Virus record (IMG/VR): IMGVR_UViG_3300001200_000001
Coordinates: 1-64,000 of that record
DNA length: 64,000 bases
Source: a virus
Reading direction: 5' to 3' (one strand)
Shown here: in pieces, positions 14,547 through 24,887 of the stretch
Position numbering within the stretch: the first letter of the stretch is position 1
How the letters are laid out: the number at the start of each line of letters is the position of its first letter
The notes under the pieces: model-generated
What the model was told of the DNA's origin: nothing
What the model saw: only the letters and a program-made list of their open reading frames with translations
Database searches by the model: none
Program-made: the position numbers and the translations under genes

Positions 14547-16613
14547 TTAAGTAATTAATTTCCAATCAGAGATTGATGCCACTCCGATCGCTAGATAGAA
14601 ATTACCTGCAGATAATGTTCTTTGCCCAATTTTCTTTGGCACAGTTACAGTAACATTGTAGTTTAAATCACTTGCGTTGTCTTTATTAGGTGACCCTAAA
14701 GGAAGATAAATACAATTAAATTCATTACTATAACACTCAATCAACCCTGCAGGTGATGGCCTGAAGTCTGGTCTCATAGTTACATCATCAGTCATTGTGT
14801 TTGTGATTTTAATTTTATCGCAATCAGCAAATACTCCATTGACAATACCGCCAGTCAATTCTGATAACTTATTACTATCAAAAATTCCTCGCACTACTCC
14901 GTTTGCACTAATCCAATCTAGCCCACCTTTAATCGTGTTATGACTGACATTAACATCCTCAAGATCACCGGCCGTTGTTTTGTTTAAAGACATTGCTTGA
15001 GGTGAAGCAAATCCGCGAATAATGTTATTCATCACGGATAAACCACTCGTACAAAATACTTGAATAGGTGCGGTTCCAGTAGATGTGCAATTTATCAGAA
15101 CATTACCAGTGATTGATAAGTCACGAGTACCAGATGAGATACCTCCATCTTGAGATGTGAGCGTTCCATAAACACCAGACTGACAATCCTGAAATGTGTT
15201 TCCTGAAACCACTGATCCGTGACCACAAGAACCTTCGACATCAAGAACATAAAGACCACGAACAACAATTCCCGCGTTACAACGTCTTAGTGAATTACCT
15301 GTAGCCACGTTATTATTGCCGGCCATTTTAATGCCAGTACCACTTACATCAGTGTAAGTGTTACCGAAACATGAGCAATGTTCGGCACTCGACAAGTAAA
15401 TTCCATTGTCATGTAAATGACGGCCCGTATTCCCAAAGAAAGACATCTCTTCAGACAAAGAGCCAACAAGAATCCCAGATGCGGCGTGATCAGCTTGGTT
15501 GCCCCAAACCGAACCGCCTTCATTACAATCCTTGATAAAGATAGACCACGCTCCACGATCCTCTGCCGTTTCTGGAATGCCTACCACGTCTGGCAGAAAG
15601 CCAGAGTGGTGGTTATCAAATACGTTTGGATTTTTGCAGTTGACTAATTGAACAGCATTTCTGACCGAACCATCATTTGTTCGAATACCGCAAACGGTAA
15701 CATGATCACAATGAGATACGTTTAGTGCCGGTCTAAAATTTAAACGCTCAGCAGCATCGTAAGCGATCCAAGTTGCGAGCGTTTCGTTTGATGTAAAGCT
15801 CAGACCACAAATCTTAGCATTCGGACAAAATACAAATTCCAGCCCGTGGGTATCAGTGCGGTCATAAGTAATTTTACCACCTGAGGAATAAACCCTTAGA
15901 TTAGAATAGCCATTAATAGATAAATCTGCTCCGCTTAAATCAAAGTTACCAGTCATATCAATCGTATCACCATCTTCAAGATCAGCAATTAAAGCTGTCA
16001 TTGCTGCAACATCAAGAACGTTAGTTCCCAGAGGACCATAAGTAGATGGTTTCTTAGAAGTAATAGTATTTAGATAATTAGTTTCAGCTTTCATAGCCCA
16101 ATGTTTTGCAGAAAAGCTTGTAACCCCGCCTCCAGCTGCTAAAGATACAGGTACATTTTCATTATTGACGGCCCATTCTTTAGCATGAATTAAATTAGTA
16201 TTAGAAGCGGCCAATACAGAATCCATGTTAAGATTTTTAGCCCTAACCTCTGCTAATAAGTCAAATGATGCAGTTGTATTTGGATCAATAAAATCTAAAT
16301 CTGCTAAATTATAAGGACCAGGTCCAGAGAGAGCTACTGTTCCTATACATTCACGAGTGTATTGACCTGTCATTGTTAGATACGTAACGCTGACATGGTA
16401 AACTGCTTGGTTTGTACCTTCTGTCGTCGTAAATAGGTTTACGGAGAAGTCGCCATTTTCATCAATAGCGCCTACGAATGGACCGGTTACAAATGTAGCC
16501 TCACCTTCTTCCCGATCCCATGAAGAAAGTTCAAAAACAATCTTAGCGTTCTCGGGTTTTGTAAGATTAGGGATGTAAATTGGACCAGTGACGGTTGTTT
16601 GTGTTACAGCCAT
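14547..16613 (-). CDS. tail spike / tail fibre with right-handed beta-helix (pectate-lyase-like) domain
   Basis: 688 aa. Repeated short beta-helix rungs (NNNVATGNSLRRCNAGIVVRG, GSVVSGNTFQDCQSGVYG, LSITGNVLINCTS, LSVMNNIIRG). It is divergent from the late operon. Confidence 0.7.
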   Translation of the reverse strand: MAVTQTTVTGPIYIPNLTKPENAKIVFELSSWDREEGEATFVTGPFVGAIDENGDFSVNLFTTTEGTNQAVYHVSVTYLTMTGQYTRECIGTVALSGPGPYNLADLDFIDPNTTASFDLLAEVRAKNLNMDSVLAASNTNLIHAKEWAVNNENVPVSLAAGGGVTSFSAKHWAMKAETNYLNTITSKKPSTYGPLGTNVLDVAAMTALIADLEDGDTIDMTGNFDLSGADLSINGYSNLRVYSSGGKITYDRTDTHGLEFVFCPNAKICGLSFTSNETLATWIAYDAAERLNFRPALNVSHCDHVTVCGIRTNDGSVRNAVQLVNCKNPNVFDNHHSGFLPDVVGIPETAEDRGAWSIFIKDCNEGGSVWGNQADHAASGILVGSLSEEMSFFGNTGRHLHDNGIYLSSAEHCSCFGNTYTDVSGTGIKMAGNNNVATGNSLRRCNAGIVVRGLYVLDVEGSCGHGSVVSGNTFQDCQSGVYGTLTSQDGGISSGTRDLSITGNVLINCTSTGTAPIQVFCTSGLSVMNNIIRGFASPQAMSLNKTTAGDLEDVNVSHNTIKGGLDWISANGVVRGIFDSNKLSELTGGIVNGVFADCDKIKITNTMTDDVTMRPDFRPSPAGLIECYSNEFNCIYLPLGSPNKDNASDLNYNVTVTVPKKIGQRTLSAGNFYLAIGVASISDWKLIT

Positions 16614-16693
16614 GATTTCACTCTTTTCTTGTTTGTTTTCAGTTTTGCGTTTATTAGCAAGAGTGAAGTAACATGATTTGAGAGATCAAGGCA

Positions 16694-17368
16694 ATGCTCA
16701 CGTTAAAACAAGTACAAGATACACTACCAGTCGCAAGTCGAAATAACATGACTCAAGATATGGTCGATCAACTTAATGCGCTGTCAAAAGATCCAGAAGA
16801 AGCTCGGTATATTCGAGAAAATTTTGTCTCCTTCTCCCAGGTTTTACAGGAAGGTCGATTCAAAGTTGGTGACTATGTTCGAGCTGTGATGTACGTCAGC
16901 CACAAAGTCATGGGTAAAACCAACCTGGATTCGTATAAATCTACTTTCCCTGAACGTTACCAAAAAATGGTTGACGAAGGGAAGCCTCAAAAAGACATCG
17001 CTTCAATTGTAACTGCATACAATAAAGGTATGCTGGTTAACAAAGTGATGGAGCGTGCAATTGTTCCTTCTTGGATTCTTAATCAAGACATGTTTCAAGA
17101 TGCGATTAATACACAACACTCCATCATGATGGATTTGAATGTTTCAGATAAAGTTCGAGTAGAAGCAGCAAACAGCCTCCTCACTCATCTGAAAAAACCA
17201 GAGAACAACAAAGCAGAAGTAAAGATCGATATTGCTTTGAATGATGGCATGCAGGCACTCGAAAACCAACTTAATATGTTGGCCAGTGAACAACTACGAC
17301 AAATCGAACATGATCCTAATGTATCAGCGGCCGATGTAGCAGCTCGTAAAATGAAGAATGTGAACTAA
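16694..17368 (+). CDS. putative small terminase subunit (N4 gp69 position)
   Basis: 224 aa, immediately upstream of the large terminase; assigned by synteny only. Confidence 0.45.
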   Translation: MLTLKQVQDTLPVASRNNMTQDMVDQLNALSKDPEEARYIRENFVSFSQVLQEGRFKVGDYVRAVMYVSHKVMGKTNLDSYKSTFPERYQKMVDEGKPQKDIASIVTAYNKGMLVNKVMERAIVPSWILNQDMFQDAINTQHSIMMDLNVSDKVRVEAANSLLTHLKKPENNKAEVKIDIALNDGMQALENQLNMLASEQLRQIEHDPNVSAADVAARKMKNVN

Positions 17369-17372
17369 GACC

Positions 17373-18992
17373 ATGGAAGATTACGTCCCCGCAAAAACCG
17401 TTGATGATTATCTCAACGAAGTTGATTTTTTGGAACTGAATTCATCCGGAGGATACATTCCTTCGGAATTTTCTTTGAAATTCATGAACTTCATCAAGCT
17501 TGTTAATGGGGATATTGGTGAAGATAACAAAACTCCTGTCATGCATTTAGCAATGCTTGATAAGTTAGCTACTCGGCAACGGAAAACAGCAAACCTATGT
17601 GCCCGGGGTACTGCAAAGACGACACTCTTCATGGAGTATTTAACTCTGTATCTTGCTGTATTCGGGACTCTTCCTAATTTTGGAGTTGTTTCTGGAATGA
17701 TCTATGTATCCGATTCTATGGATAACGGTGTGAAGTCCGCTCGTAACTCAATTGAATTTCGATACAACAATTCTGAATTCCTACAGGCATGGTTGCCTAA
17801 AGCAAAGTTCACAGAAAATTATTTAGAGTTCGAGAATAAGCGTGGACACAAATTAGGTGTCAAAATGTTTGGTGCTAAATCTGGTATTCGTGGTACGAAA
17901 ATTTTCAATAAACGTCCTGTACTTGCTGTCATGGATGACTTGGTTTCAGATGCTGATTCTAAATCTAAAACTGCAATGGATGCAATCAAAGACACTGTTT
18001 ATTCGGGTGTTCAGTATGCTTTGGACCCTACCCGGCAAAAAATGATCTTGAACGGTACTCCTTTTAACAAAGAAGACATCGTCTATGAAGCAATTGAATC
18101 CGGTGCATGGCAGGTCAACGTTTGGCCAATTTGTGAAAAGTTCCCGTGTTCTCGAGAAGAATTCAGTGGCGCCTGGGAAGATCGATTCTCATACGAATAT
18201 GTCGAAGAGCAATACAATTCCGCCAAAATGGAAGGTAAGCTAAAATCTTTCCGCCAGGAGCTCATGCTTCGAATTACATCTGATGAATCTCGTTTGGTTC
18301 AAGATGGAGATATTGTTTGGGTTGAGCGGGCCAAAATTCTTGCCAACAAACATAAATATAATTTCTACATCACAACTGACTTTGCCACATCATCCAAACA
18401 GACTGCAGACTACTCAGTCATTTCAGTGTGGGCTTACGATAATCTAGGTAATTGGACTTGGGTCGATGGGGTTTGTGAACGCCAAACCATGGATGTTACT
18501 GTCAACGATCTATTTCGTTTGGTTGAAGAATACAGCCCTCAGGGAGTTGGTATCGAAATTACAGGCCAACAAGGTGGTTTTATTCAATGGCTTATGAGTG
18601 AAATGCAATACCGAGATACGTTCTTCAACCTAACTCAGGAGAAGGGTAAACCTGGTATCCGACCAGTTAGCGATAAATTGAGTAGATTTAATCTTGTGGT
18701 TCCGCTATTTAAGGCCGGCAAGATACGTTTCCCCTTAGAGATGAAGACATCCAAGGTACTGGGTATTTTTATTGAGCAGATTGCCTTGGCCACAAAAGAT
18801 GGCATTAAAGGTAAAGATGACTGCATCGATACTGTTTCAATGCTGCAAAATATGAGCCCATGGCTGCCTGGAGGTATTCCACAGGAAGTCGAACAAAACG
18901 ATACCGATCGTTTGAATCAAGTCTGGGAAAAATCATCACTGATTTCCGATCAACTGGATGATAATTCTTCGTATGGTTCTTACGTTGTATAA
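17373..18992 (+). CDS. terL: terminase large subunit (N4 gp68-like)
   Basis: 539 aa. ATPase motifs CARGTAKTT and VLAVMDDLVSD; C-terminal nuclease-like ITTDFATS ... GKDDCIDT. Confidence 0.85.
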   Translation: MEDYVPAKTVDDYLNEVDFLELNSSGGYIPSEFSLKFMNFIKLVNGDIGEDNKTPVMHLAMLDKLATRQRKTANLCARGTAKTTLFMEYLTLYLAVFGTLPNFGVVSGMIYVSDSMDNGVKSARNSIEFRYNNSEFLQAWLPKAKFTENYLEFENKRGHKLGVKMFGAKSGIRGTKIFNKRPVLAVMDDLVSDADSKSKTAMDAIKDTVYSGVQYALDPTRQKMILNGTPFNKEDIVYEAIESGAWQVNVWPICEKFPCSREEFSGAWEDRFSYEYVEEQYNSAKMEGKLKSFRQELMLRITSDESRLVQDGDIVWVERAKILANKHKYNFYITTDFATSSKQTADYSVISVWAYDNLGNWTWVDGVCERQTMDVTVNDLFRLVEEYSPQGVGIEITGQQGGFIQWLMSEMQYRDTFFNLTQEKGKPGIRPVSDKLSRFNLVVPLFKAGKIRFPLEMKTSKVLGIFIEQIALATKDGIKGKDDCIDTVSMLQNMSPWLPGGIPQEVEQNDTDRLNQVWEKSSLISDQLDDNSSYGSYVV

Positions 18993-19003
18993 AGGAAAAC
19001 GAT

Positions 19004-19678
19004 ATGCTTACGTTCGAAGATTTTACAAAACGACTGGCTCGAGGCCAATTGAAAAACACATCCGCGGTCGATACTGATGTATCCCGGGATGAAATTGTAT
19101 CTGAATTCCAAGACACAGTTCTGGAGTTAACTAATCAAGGATTGGTAGATCTCTCTACACGATTCCCGATTATCACTCGCCAAATTGATTTAGAATTTGT
19201 GGAAAACCAGCACGTATATAAACTCTCTTCGGCTAACGTTGGAACGTTTTTGAATGAGACAGAGACTGATCCTTTTGAGGACAATTTTGTTAAAATTCTG
19301 GATATTTTCAACTCAGACGGTAAACGCTACACCCATGATACTAATGGACATATTATGACGCCAACGTATGACACGTTGCGTTTCACTTCATCTATTATGG
19401 AAGAATTAGGTGATAAAGTTCGTGTTCGTTATCAAGCAAAACATCCGGTTATTGAAGCGAGTGATAGTATAGATATTCCACCTAACCTAGAAACGGCATT
19501 GCAATTATTTGTTGCTTCTCTATACATTTCGCACATGAATAGTCCGGACCACACGACAAAAGGCGATAGCTATTTTGCAGCCTACCTCCGTCATATTGGT
19601 GAAGACGAGACACGCAACACCAGTAGCACCTCGGAGGTCGACCTTGATACCCGATTTGCGGACAAGGGATTTGTCTAA
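19004..19678 (+). CDS. virion structural protein (N4 gp67 position)
   Basis: 224 aa, directly after terL; assigned by synteny only. Confidence 0.45.
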   Translation: MLTFEDFTKRLARGQLKNTSAVDTDVSRDEIVSEFQDTVLELTNQGLVDLSTRFPIITRQIDLEFVENQHVYKLSSANVGTFLNETETDPFEDNFVKILDIFNSDGKRYTHDTNGHIMTPTYDTLRFTSSIMEELGDKVRVRYQAKHPVIEASDSIDIPPNLETALQLFVASLYISHMNSPDHTTKGDSYFAAYLRHIGEDETRNTSSTSEVDLDTRFADKGFV

Positions 19679-20088
19679 TGGATACCAAAGATCCAAACCT
19701 TTTAGCAGAAGTGTTCAATCAACGAGCAGCCATCTTGACGTTCTTCGGAGCTCTTGGTGGTTCTGTTCGTGCAGCAGTATTAAAAACCACTTGGCGAGAA
19801 GGACTTCGTGTTATATTCGTAGGTGGCGCCGTTAGTTTCGGCGTAGGTGTACTAGCCCCAGTTATCATGAAACCGTGGATTGGTGAAATCCCCGATGGTA
19901 TGGCCGGAGCTCTTGGTACTCTAACTGCAGCATCCTTCCTCATTGGTTTGGTTGCTGTTACGTTAGTTGAGCGGTTTGTATCTGGTGATAAGATCGGACC
20001 CAAGAATTCTAAGAATGACCGGGATAATAATATCCCGCCATCCCATTATGATGATCCAGCCAATAATGGTCCGGATTATGGAGGTTAA
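19678..20088 (+). CDS. holin candidate (multi-TM membrane protein)
   Basis: 136 aa with 3 predicted TM helices (AAILTFFGALGG, VIFVGGAVSFGVGVLAPVI, LGTLTAASFLIGLVAVTLV). It lies upstream of the endolysin. Confidence 0.5.
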   Translation: MDTKDPNLLAEVFNQRAAILTFFGALGGSVRAAVLKTTWREGLRVIFVGGAVSFGVGVLAPVIMKPWIGEIPDGMAGALGTLTAASFLIGLVAVTLVERFVSGDKIGPKNSKNDRDNNIPPSHYDDPANNGPDYGG

Positions 20089-20091
20089 ACT

Positions 20092-20586
20092 ATGTTTCGT
20101 ACCGCTAAAACAGACACTGTCTTAGATGAGTTCCGAGTTTTAATTACGGGTCTTGTTCTGTCTATTTTGATTTTAATGTCAGAACGTCCTGCTATTTATT
20201 ATTGGGATAAGTTGGTCGCTGAAAAACCATTTGTAACGGCTACATTACGTATTGTGTCTGATCCTACAGGCGCAATACAGCCGTTTTTTCTATATGATGC
20301 CGATGCAACTCAGAAAGTTGAAAGCCAATGGATTGGTACAATTGAAGGTCCATCAGGTGAACGATTTGCTACTCGTCGAGGAGTTGGGTCGTACACTGAT
20401 GCTGAAGATGATCCCAAGTTGTGGACGTGGAATGCATTTTTTGATACTGAAGATGGACAAGAAATTCCTGAAGTCCCTACGACTTCATTTAAAGTATGTC
20501 TTCGTTACATCTCAACTGCCCGGGATTCTGGGTATAAGGATGAAACTCCGTTGACGTGTTCACCTGTGTACAACCCAAATGAATAG
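20092..20586 (+). CDS. membrane-anchored protein in lysis cassette
   Basis: 164 aa with an N-terminal signal-anchor LITGLVLSILILM; function unknown. Confidence 0.5.
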   Translation: MFRTAKTDTVLDEFRVLITGLVLSILILMSERPAIYYWDKLVAEKPFVTATLRIVSDPTGAIQPFFLYDADATQKVESQWIGTIEGPSGERFATRRGVGSYTDAEDDPKLWTWNAFFDTEDGQEIPEVPTTSFKVCLRYISTARDSGYKDETPLTCSPVYNPNE

Positions 20587-20594
20587 GAAACAAT

Positions 20595-21308
20595 ATGGCT
20601 TTCTCTGAATTTAATGAATGGTTACAAAGTCGACTTACTGCCCATGGTTTTCCCGTAGGCGGTATTGATGGTTATGTTGGTAAGACAACAATAGCTGCAA
20701 TCAAGAAATTCCAACGTTCTCGTCAAATCCCTGTATCAGGCGTGGCTGATGTAAAAACAGTTGAAGAACTTCGTAAAAGTTCAACAGCGTCTGCAGATCT
20801 ACTGCCTGATCGTGATCGAGATGATCTACCAACAACAGTTCGTTCAAACTTCCCACGTCAACGTGATGTGATGAGTTACTATGGAAATGTTGGTACAAAT
20901 CAGACACGTATCATCCCACCTTGGCGTATGCGCCTGGCCTGGGATAAACGTCGTTACATTCAGAAAATGACTCTTCACAAGAAAGTTGCTGACAGTGCTT
21001 TACGGGCAATGGAACATGTTGAAGCTCGTTATGGAGATGCCGGCATCAAAAAACTTGGTCTGGATTTGTTTGGTGGTTCTCTCAATGTTCGTAAGATGCG
21101 TGGTGGATCCCGTTACTCAATGCATAGTTGGGGTATTGCCATCGACTTTGACCCAGAACGCAACCAACTTCGTTGGAAGAAACCAAAAGCTCGTTTGTCT
21201 CTTGATGATGTCATTCCTTTCTGGGAATGTTGGGAGGCTGAAGGCTGGATAGCACTCGGCCGTGAACGTAATTTTGATTGGATGCATGTCCAGGCGGCTC
21301 GGTTGTAA
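20595..21308 (+). CDS. endolysin: PG-binding domain plus M15-family peptidase
   Basis: N-terminal GYVGKTTIAAIKKFQRSRQIPVSGVAD matches PG_binding_1. C-terminal SMHSWGIAIDFDP ... DWMHVQ matches the zinc D,D/L,D-peptidase signature. Confidence 0.8.
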   Translation: MAFSEFNEWLQSRLTAHGFPVGGIDGYVGKTTIAAIKKFQRSRQIPVSGVADVKTVEELRKSSTASADLLPDRDRDDLPTTVRSNFPRQRDVMSYYGNVGTNQTRIIPPWRMRLAWDKRRYIQKMTLHKKVADSALRAMEHVEARYGDAGIKKLGLDLFGGSLNVRKMRGGSRYSMHSWGIAIDFDPERNQLRWKKPKARLSLDDVIPFWECWEAEGWIALGRERNFDWMHVQAARL

Positions 21309-21337
21309 AACCGGGTCTCCTAATTAGGAGAGTTTTT

Positions 21338-21814
21338 ATGATTACGATTGGCGCCTTAATTGGAAGCAAAATCAGCAAAGTCGTGGCTACCTTGGGTGTC
21401 ACGCTTTGTTTGTTTGGAGGGACTATCCTTTTTTATGAAGGAGTACCGTTCCTTAATTGGTGGCCAGCCAATAAAATCCCAGTGTATGGGTGGTTGGTTG
21501 AAGGTGAAATTAATCGTCGCGCTAAACCAATGATCGAAGCAGCTGTTCTTGAAGAACGTGCTCTTTGGGAATTAGAAATGCAAAAGGCATTGGACGAGTA
21601 CAATCAAGTTGTTGAAGAAAAGAACGACACAATCCGTACAATCACGGAAGAAGGTTTACGAGCCGAAGAAGTTCTACGACAACAACACAGTGAAATTGTA
21701 AATATGTTGAACAAATCCATTGACCTATCAAATCAGGAGACTTCAGATGAAGACCTTACTAGCAATCCTCTTCGGATGCGTATTCCTTCAAGCGTGTACG
21801 ACAACATCCGTTAA
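21338..21814 (+). CDS. i-spanin
   Basis: Start ATG 21338 with an AGGAG SD (the track ORF begins earlier, inside the endolysin). N-terminal TM segment followed by a coiled-coil periplasmic part. Confidence 0.65.
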   Translation: MITIGALIGSKISKVVATLGVTLCLFGGTILFYEGVPFLNWWPANKIPVYGWLVEGEINRRAKPMIEAAVLEERALWELEMQKALDEYNQVVEEKNDTIRTITEEGLRAEEVLRQQHSEIVNMLNKSIDLSNQETSDEDLTSNPLRMRIPSSVYDNIR

Positions 21815-22037
21815 CCGGGATGTACCAGTTCCAAAGCAATCACCAGAAGTGTCTCAAGTGGATGTACCGCCTGGGGCTCTTCAACGTTGCCTTGGTCCAG
21901 TTGCTAAACCACCATCTGGTTTGGTAGGAGATGCTTTAACTGCATGGCAACGTGATCGTAATCGACTACGTGAATGTGCTCGTCGTAACGATGAAAAGAT
22001 TCAAATCATTGAAGAGTTGCTGCACGAGCCAGCATAA
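21747..22037 (+). CDS. o-spanin (lipoprotein), overlapping the i-spanin 3' end
   Basis: ATG 21747 with an AGGAG SD. Signal peptide MKTLLAILFGCVFLQAC carries the lipobox L-Q-A-C. It overlaps the i-spanin gene out of frame. Confidence 0.7.
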   Translation: MKTLLAILFGCVFLQACTTTSVNRDVPVPKQSPEVSQVDVPPGALQRCLGPVAKPPSGLVGDALTAWQRDRNRLRECARRNDEKIQIIEELLHEPA

Positions 22038-22104
22038 AACTTGACTTAAACCCTGTTCAGAAATACTGATACAAAAACTTGATATCTCAAGATAGGAGCT
22101 TACT

Positions 22105-24420
22105 GTGGATAATACATCACCAAATTCCCCGGGTTCTGCAGTGAATAATGACCAAAGTACATCTGAGGTTATGGATCCTGCAAAACTTGATGACAACCCA
22201 TCTGAAAAACTTACATCATGGGCTAAAGAGCCTACGATGACTGATCTCCACGGAGATCTTGAATACGCACGTCGAGAGAATACTGAACAAACAGCCAATG
22301 TTGATGGTTGGTTAGCTCTCCGTGATACGTCTGGTTCAGAATCTGGAAACAAATCCACATCTTCTGGTCGATCTAAAGTTCAGCCTAAATTAATCCGTAA
22401 ACATAATGAATGGCGTTATCCGGCTCTAAGTGAGCCCTTTCTCAATTCAGAACGTATGTTTGATATCAATCCACGAACTGCACAGGATGCTGCAGGAGCT
22501 CGTCAAAACCAAATTGTTTTGAATTGGCAATTTGATACCAAAATCAACAAAGTCGATTTCATCGATCGCTTGGTTCGTACAACTGTTGATGAAGGTACAT
22601 GCGTACTTCGTGTTGGTTGGAAACGTGAGACTGAACGTGTTAAAGTCATGAAATCAGTCTATGACTATTACCCAATTAATCCCAAGGACGAACAGAAACT
22701 TCAGATGCTCGCAATGGCTACTCAAGCTTATGTCGATGAAAACCCAGAATATGAAGACCTACCTGAAGATCTTAAAGCCTCAGTAGAATACTCTATGGAA
22801 AAAGAGACTCCTGTATATGCTGAGCAATCAGGTGAAACTGAGACTTATGAAGATAAGATCGTAACTAACCGTCCTGAAATCAAAATTGTTGATATCCGGA
22901 ATTTCTTTATTGATCCATCATGTGATGGTGTGTGGGAAGATGCCCAGTACATGATCCACACATATGAAGCCACTAAATCCGATCTTCAAAAACGTAAGAT
23001 TTTCAAGAACCTAGATAAAGTTAACTGGGGCGCCAATGCAATTAAATCCAAAACAGGTGATCAAGATCATGCATCTAACTCTCCTCAGGATGATAGCCGA
23101 ACCAACACTGATAAATCTAAGACATTGGTTTATGAGTATTGGGGACTATTTGATATTCATGGTACTGGTTCTATGGTTCCAATTGTTGTCACATGGATTG
23201 GTGATACAATCATTCAGATGACTGAAAATCCTTTTCCTGATCGGAAAGCTCCATTCATCATTATTCCTTACATGCCGATTCTTAAATCGTCATTTGGTGA
23301 GGCTGATGCATCTCTTCTCCAAGACAATCAACGTATCTTGGGTGCTACAACCCGGGGTATGATTGATCTGTTGGGTCGATCTGCAAATGCTCAGACTGGT
23401 TACGGCAAAGGTTTCTTGGATGCTGTTAACCGTAAACGTTTCATTAATGGTGAAGACTTTGAGTTTAATCCTAACGGAGATCCACGTCAGCAAATCCAGC
23501 AGATGAAATTCCCAGAGATTCCAAACTCTGCTCTTCAAATGTCTCAACTACAGAATGCTGAAGCTGAAGGGCTCTCAGGTGTTAAATCGTTCTCTGGTGG
23601 TATTACAGGTGAAGCTTACGGTCGTGTAGCTCGTGGTATCTCTGGTGCCATGGATGCTGCAGGTCAACGTGAGATGAGTATTTTACGTCGTATTGCTGAG
23701 GGCATGCGTATCCTTGGTAAGAAAGTTATCTCCATGAACCAGGTGTTCTTGGAAGAAAAAGAGATTGTACGTGTTACTGATGAAGAGTTCGTTGAAATTA
23801 AACGAGATGATCTTGCCGGCAACTTCGATCTGATTGTTGATATTTCAACTCAGAGTGTTGATGAAGCTAAAGCACAAGACCTTGGTTTCATGCTTCAAAC
23901 TCAAGGACCAAATATGGATCCTGGTTTGGAACAAGTTATCTTGGCTGAAATTGCTGATCTTAAACGTATGCCTCACTTGGCAGAACGTATTCGTTCATAT
24001 GAACCAAAGCCTAATCCTCTCGATGAGAAGCTTAAAGAACTACAGATTGCTAAGCTGGAAGCTGACATTGAACTAGATCGCGCTCGTGCAGCAGAAGCTT
24101 TGGCTCGTGCTGAAAATACAGCCTTGGACACTGAAATGGATGCCACAGGTACATCTCATGAGCGTGCCATTGAAGCGGCAGGTGCTCAAGCTCGAGGCAA
24201 CCGTAATTTGGAAGTAACCAAGCGTCTCTTGGAAGGTACATCAGCAGCAGGTAATATCTCAGCTGCAGTTGGTTTTAATAAGCTAACTGAAGCAGAAGAT
24301 AGTCGTGCAACTGATCTACCTACTCCTCCTCAAATTCCTCCACAGCCGTTGGCGCCATTACAAAGTGTCCAACAACCACTTGTAGAGGATCCCTCAGTAC
24401 CAGTTGGCTTTCCTCAATAG
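22105..24420 (+). CDS. portal protein (N4 gp59-like)
   Basis: 771 aa; GTG start with an AGGAG SD. Size and position between the lysis genes and the capsid genes match the N4 portal. Confidence 0.7.
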   Translation: MDNTSPNSPGSAVNNDQSTSEVMDPAKLDDNPSEKLTSWAKEPTMTDLHGDLEYARRENTEQTANVDGWLALRDTSGSESGNKSTSSGRSKVQPKLIRKHNEWRYPALSEPFLNSERMFDINPRTAQDAAGARQNQIVLNWQFDTKINKVDFIDRLVRTTVDEGTCVLRVGWKRETERVKVMKSVYDYYPINPKDEQKLQMLAMATQAYVDENPEYEDLPEDLKASVEYSMEKETPVYAEQSGETETYEDKIVTNRPEIKIVDIRNFFIDPSCDGVWEDAQYMIHTYEATKSDLQKRKIFKNLDKVNWGANAIKSKTGDQDHASNSPQDDSRTNTDKSKTLVYEYWGLFDIHGTGSMVPIVVTWIGDTIIQMTENPFPDRKAPFIIIPYMPILKSSFGEADASLLQDNQRILGATTRGMIDLLGRSANAQTGYGKGFLDAVNRKRFINGEDFEFNPNGDPRQQIQQMKFPEIPNSALQMSQLQNAEAEGLSGVKSFSGGITGEAYGRVARGISGAMDAAGQREMSILRRIAEGMRILGKKVISMNQVFLEEKEIVRVTDEEFVEIKRDDLAGNFDLIVDISTQSVDEAKAQDLGFMLQTQGPNMDPGLEQVILAEIADLKRMPHLAERIRSYEPKPNPLDEKLKELQIAKLEADIELDRARAAEALARAENTALDTEMDATGTSHERAIEAAGAQARGNRNLEVTKRLLEGTSAAGNISAAVGFNKLTEAEDSRATDLPTPPQIPPQPLAPLQSVQQPLVEDPSVPVGFPQ

Positions 24421-24460
24421 ACCAGGTACTGGACTAACACATCAATAAAGGACAAATCAC

Positions 24461-24838
24461 ATGAATATCTATGAAACAGATGAAGATAATACAGCACCAG
24501 TAGAGATTACAATGGACGATCTCAATCAGTTGCGTGATGATTGTAAAGACATCATTGAAACTGCAGATGCTGCTAAGCGCTTACTAGATAACCCAGACTT
24601 CGTAAAAGTCATGCAAGTTGGGTATTTCGACAAAGAACCTAAGCGTCTTGGTTCATTAATTGCTTCAGGTCGCATGCCGGCAAATGCCGTTGATGGTGCA
24701 ATCGAAGATCTTAAATCGATCGGAAGCTGTGTAACTTTCTTGAACGATACTGTTCAGAAAGGCGTAATTGCTCAAAGCGAATTGGATGCAGCTGAAGCTG
24801 CTTACAATGAAGCAATTGCTGCTGAAGCCGAAGAATAA
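24461..24838 (+). CDS. hypothetical head-module protein (N4 gp58 position)
   Basis: 125-aa ORF; assigned by synteny only. Confidence 0.5.
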   Translation: MNIYETDEDNTAPVEITMDDLNQLRDDCKDIIETADAAKRLLDNPDFVKVMQVGYFDKEPKRLGSLIASGRMPANAVDGAIEDLKSIGSCVTFLNDTVQKGVIAQSELDAAEAAYNEAIAAEAEE

Positions 24839-24887
24839 TAATTCTTTATCTGAAACCCAACCCAAAATAACTTAAGGAATTAATGTC

